From Bacillota bacterium (GTDB lineage Bacteria > Bacillota > Sulfobacillia > JAJZYS01 > JAJYTV01), in NCBI GenBank assembly GCA_021810725.1, contig JAJZIE010000002.1, positions 1 through 46,571 of the forward strand: a DNA stretch of 46,571 bases, written 5' to 3'. The notes under the pieces were generated by a model. It saw only the letters and a list, made by a program, of their open reading frames with translations. It did not search any database and had not been told where the DNA came from. The position numbers and the translations under genes are program-made. Below, one piece after another: positions 43,752 through 46,571 of the stretch (the first letter of the stretch is position 1; each line of letters opens with the position of its first letter).

Positions 43752-45542
43752 ATGTTGCGCGAGGCGAAGCGAGCAGGAAGGAAGGAAGACAAAAGCTGTC
43801 GAACGCGCAGACTCATGGTCAACCCCTTCCGGCGGCCTGGTGCGGCCGCGTTGCTCGTGCTCGCCCTGGCATGGATCCCCACCTTGCCAGGGATAGCGTC
43901 CGCCCAGACGGCGCCGGACATTCGCGTCGGCCTCTACGTGGGATCGGCGGCGCGCCCGGCGGTGACGCTGGCGCCGGCCGGGCCGAGCCAGAATGTCGTC
44001 TATGCCGTGGGACAGGGCCAAACGGAACTGCCTGGTCAGAGCTATGTGCGGATGCTGGGCTATCGCGACCTCGTCAGCCAGACGACCGACCTCACGACGG
44101 GCCAATCCGCGGTGGCGGCTCTGGCGGCGGCGGGTCACCCCGCCTATCTCGAACTGACGCCGCCGGGCGTCTACGACGTATTCTCAGGTCCGTACGCGAC
44201 GCCGGCCGCGGCCCAGGCGGCCACCACGAGCGAGACGGCGGTGTACGGCCCCTATGGCGTGCTTATTATGGGCCAGGCGACACTCGCGGCCGCGCAGACT
44301 GTGTCGGCGCCCTACTGGCAGAGTGGGACGCCGGCCTATCCGATCCTCACCGCTCAGGGGTGGGGGGTGCTGGTCGGGCAGTTCGCGAGTGCCGCCGCCG
44401 CGCAGCCCGAGCTTGCGATTGTGCAGGCGCAGTACCCTACGGCGGCCCTCTACCAACCAAGCGGCACGGAGCTGATGGTGCAGGTGCCAAGCGGCGCGGC
44501 GTCCTTCCTTGCCGCGTCACAAAGCGGATTCACCGCATCGGGCGACGGCGGCGTCCTCTCGGTGCAGGGTACGGCCTACAGGGGCAGCCTGTCCTTCGCC
44601 CTGGCGGGAACGCGCCTGCAGGTGATCAACACGCTGCCGCTCGAGCAGTATCTCTACGGCGTCGTGCCGTCCGAGATGCCGGCAAGCTGGTCGCAGGCGG
44701 CGCTCGAGGCGCAGGCGGTGGCATCGCGCAGCTATGCGCTCTACGCCATGGACCACGTGGCCGCGGGAAGCCTCTTCGACGTCTATGGCTCCACCATGAG
44801 CCAGGCCTACGGCGGCTACTCCGGCGAGCAGCCCAGCTCCAGCGCCGCGGTGGACGCGACGGCCAACATCGTCATGACCTACCAGGGGCAGATCGTGGAC
44901 GCGGTGTTCTCCGCGGACTCCGGCGGAGCGACCGAAAACTCGGAGAACGTGTGGTCCGCGGTGGTGCCGTACTTGAGAGGCGTCGACGAGTTGCCGGGCT
45001 ACAAGCCGACGACGTGGACCATCACCCTGACGGCGACCCAGATCGCGAACCTCGTCCTGAACTGGAGCGGCACGGCCATCGGCGCCCTGGAGCAGATGGT
45101 GCTGCAGGGCACGTCCCAGACCTTCTCGGGCAGGCCGCTCTCGGTGCTGTTCGAGGGCTCGCAGGGACAGTACACCGTGTACAAGGACAGCATCCGGGGA
45201 CTTTTGCGTTTGCCGTCGACCCTCTTCACCGTCACGACCAACGCTTCGGTGACCGTGGAGGGCGCCGGCGGACAGGCGACCTTGCCGAGTCTCGCCGGCG
45301 CCGTGGCGGAAGGGGCGTCGGGGGTCGCCCAGATGCCGGCCCAGGTGTCGGCCCAGGGGGCGGACGCCCAGCAGGCGACCTACCCGCTCGCCGCCTCGAC
45401 CTACGTCCTGTACGGGCGCGGCAACGGGCACGGGGTCGGGATGAGCCAGGATGGCGCCCAGTACATGGCCGAGCAGGGCATGACCTATCAAGAGATCCTG
45501 AGCCACTACTACACGGGGGTTTCCTTCAGCCCGGACAACTGA
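43752..45542 (+). CDS. spoIID: Stage II sporulation protein D (SpoIID/LytB-domain lytic transglycosylase) with extended N-terminal region
   Basis: C-terminal SpoIID domain (LEQYLYGVVPSEMPASW..AALEAQAVASRSYAL; DVY.ST.SQ.Y.G; FSADSGGATENSENVW; GHGVGMSQDGA..MA..G.TYQEIL.HYY). Start is ATG at 43752 (AGAAGG 5 nt upstream) or ATG at 43815 (signal peptide MVNPFRRPGAAALLVLALAW). Confidence 0.85.
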   Translation: MLREAKRAGRKEDKSCRTRRLMVNPFRRPGAAALLVLALAWIPTLPGIASAQTAPDIRVGLYVGSAARPAVTLAPAGPSQNVVYAVGQGQTELPGQSYVRMLGYRDLVSQTTDLTTGQSAVAALAAAGHPAYLELTPPGVYDVFSGPYATPAAAQAATTSETAVYGPYGVLIMGQATLAAAQTVSAPYWQSGTPAYPILTAQGWGVLVGQFASAAAAQPELAIVQAQYPTAALYQPSGTELMVQVPSGAASFLAASQSGFTASGDGGVLSVQGTAYRGSLSFALAGTRLQVINTLPLEQYLYGVVPSEMPASWSQAALEAQAVASRSYALYAMDHVAAGSLFDVYGSTMSQAYGGYSGEQPSSSAAVDATANIVMTYQGQIVDAVFSADSGGATENSENVWSAVVPYLRGVDELPGYKPTTWTITLTATQIANLVLNWSGTAIGALEQMVLQGTSQTFSGRPLSVLFEGSQGQYTVYKDSIRGLLRLPSTLFTVTTNASVTVEGAGGQATLPSLAGAVAEGASGVAQMPAQVSAQGADAQQATYPLAASTYVLYGRGNGHGVGMSQDGAQYMAEQGMTYQEILSHYYTGVSFSPDN

Positions 45543-46571
45543 TCGTCGACGGACCCGCGGACGCCTGTCAGGACACGGCTGAGCCAGGTGTCCACCGTGT
45601 TGCGCTGGACCTGCTCCCGCAAGGAACGCATGCGCTCCCTGCGCTCGTCGGGCGAGGCGAAGATGGCCCTGGCCATGCTCTCGGCGATGCGTTCGGAACT
45701 CAGCGGAGAGAGCGGGAAGGCCGAGCGCAACTCGTGGTAGGCGCCAGCCGTTTCGCTCAGGCAGAGGCTGCCGTCCCCGTCGACGCGGGCGGCCACATAT
45801 TCCTTGGCGACGAGGTTGAGCCCGTCGTAGAGCGACGACACGACCGCAACGTCGGCGAGCCGATAGAGGACGACGAGGCGCTCGAGGCGCAGGTTGTGCT
45901 CGATCAGGCGCACGGGCTGCCAGCCCGGCTCGCCGAACCGCCGGTTGATCGATGCGGCCTTGCGGCGCACCGAGAGGGCAAGTCTGCGGTAGTCCGAGAT
46001 CTCGGTGCGCGTCGGCACCGCGATCTGCAGGAAATGCGCCTTGCCCCGCAGGGAGGGATAGCGCGACAGCAGGCGCGAGAAGCCCTCCAGGCGCTCGGGA
46101 ATGCCTTTGGTGTAATCCAGGCGATCGACGCCGAGCAGCAGAACGCTGTCCTCGCCGAGCTTCCAGCGGCGCCTGAGGTCCACGAGCAGATGCTCCGCGA
46201 ATTCGGTCCGCGCGAGCTCCTCCACCTTCTCCACGTCGATCGAGATCGGCACCGAAGCCACGTGCGTGCGGTGGCCCTGGTAAAGCAGGGTCACGCCGTG
46301 CGCGGTGCGCTGGCTGCGCACGCCCAGTTCGCGCCGGGCGGCGGCGGCGAAGGCGTCGACCGACTCCTCCGTCTGGAAGCCGATCCAATCGGCCTCGAGC
46401 AGGCCCTGGAGCAGCATCTTCCGCTCCGGCACCAGCCGGAGCACGACGGTGGGCGGCCACGGGATATGCCAGAAGAACGCGATCGGCCCGGTCACGCCGA
46501 ACTGCCTGAGATAGCCGGGCACGAGCGCCAGCTGGTAGTCGTGGACCCAGATGAGATCGCTCGGGCGCGCC
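45509..46571 (-). CDS. otsA: Alpha,alpha-trehalose-phosphate synthase (GT20), 5' truncated by window edge
   Basis: The frame stays open to the window end (..PSDLIWVHDYQLALVPGYLRQ..). FFWHIPWP, IGFQT, P..ID, LGVDRLDYTKGI and VVSSLYDGLNLVAKEY motifs. Confidence 0.9.
   Translation of the reverse strand, partial: ARPSDLIWVHDYQLALVPGYLRQFGVTGPIAFFWHIPWPPTVVLRLVPERKMLLQGLLEADWIGFQTEESVDAFAAAARRELGVRSQRTAHGVTLLYQGHRTHVASVPISIDVEKVEELARTEFAEHLLVDLRRRWKLGEDSVLLLGVDRLDYTKGIPERLEGFSRLLSRYPSLRGKAHFLQIAVPTRTEISDYRRLALSVRRKAASINRRFGEPGWQPVRLIEHNLRLERLVVLYRLADVAVVSSLYDGLNLVAKEYVAARVDGDGSLCLSETAGAYHELRSAFPLSPLSSERIAESMARAIFASPDERRERMRSLREQVQRNTVDTWLSRVLTGVRGSVDDQLSGLKETPV

Noticed and set aside
41695-46460. 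Minus-strand ORFs 41695..43086 (463 aa) and 44517..46460 (647 aa)
   Set aside because: The first is antisense to the polysaccharide deacetylase. The second is antisense to spoIID and off-frame to otsA. Both have biased composition and no motifs.

Overview
High-GC (~68-70%) chromosomal window, mostly core metabolism. GGAGG-type ribosome-binding sites and scattered sporulation genes (spmA/spmB, ytaF, spoIID, an RsfA-like gene, an SLH-anchored wall protein) suggest a high-GC endospore-forming Firmicutes-like lineage (Symbiobacterium/Thermaerobacter/Limnochordia-like); this is inference only. Left to right: groEL (5' truncated), moeA, tatC, tRNA-Sec (selC), a DUF502 gene and mrp/apbC. Next is a respiratory module: Rieske protein, a fused cytochrome b/subunit IV/c, csoR, and ccmE-X-ccmABC plus a small ccmD-like ORF. 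Then a DUF881 gene and a TCA block (citrate synthase, icd, mdh, malic enzyme, sucCD). An accessory-looking stretch follows: a D-cysteine desulfhydrase-family gene, two MFS transporters, a DapA-family aldolase, a BNR beta-propeller with a ThiS/MoaD-like -GG protein, VOC and flavin reductase genes. On the minus strand lies panD, an OSBS/NAAAR-type enolase, tetR and an orphan peptide SBP. Then spmAB, galU, a 946-aa SLH/Ig-repeat/TIM-barrel wall protein, a SIMPL gene and an orphan minC. After that come an orphan TraD/VirD4-like ATPase plus Replication-relaxation pair, ytaF, an NCS1 permease convergent with niaR, a polysaccharide deacetylase, spoIID and otsA (5' truncated). No CRISPR array, rRNA, transposase or integrase was seen. 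Best candidates for something undescribed: (1) the isolated coupling-ATPase/Replication-relaxation pair beside orphan minC; (2) the BNR propeller translationally coupled to a diglycine beta-grasp protein; (3) a variant cytochrome bc plus System-I module (Cys-type CcmE, an unknown coupled membrane protein, a PLWF Qo motif, an embedded CsoR). All family assignments come from reading the translated ORFs by eye, with no database search. Many long ORFs in the six-frame track are antisense or off-frame artefacts of the high GC content.
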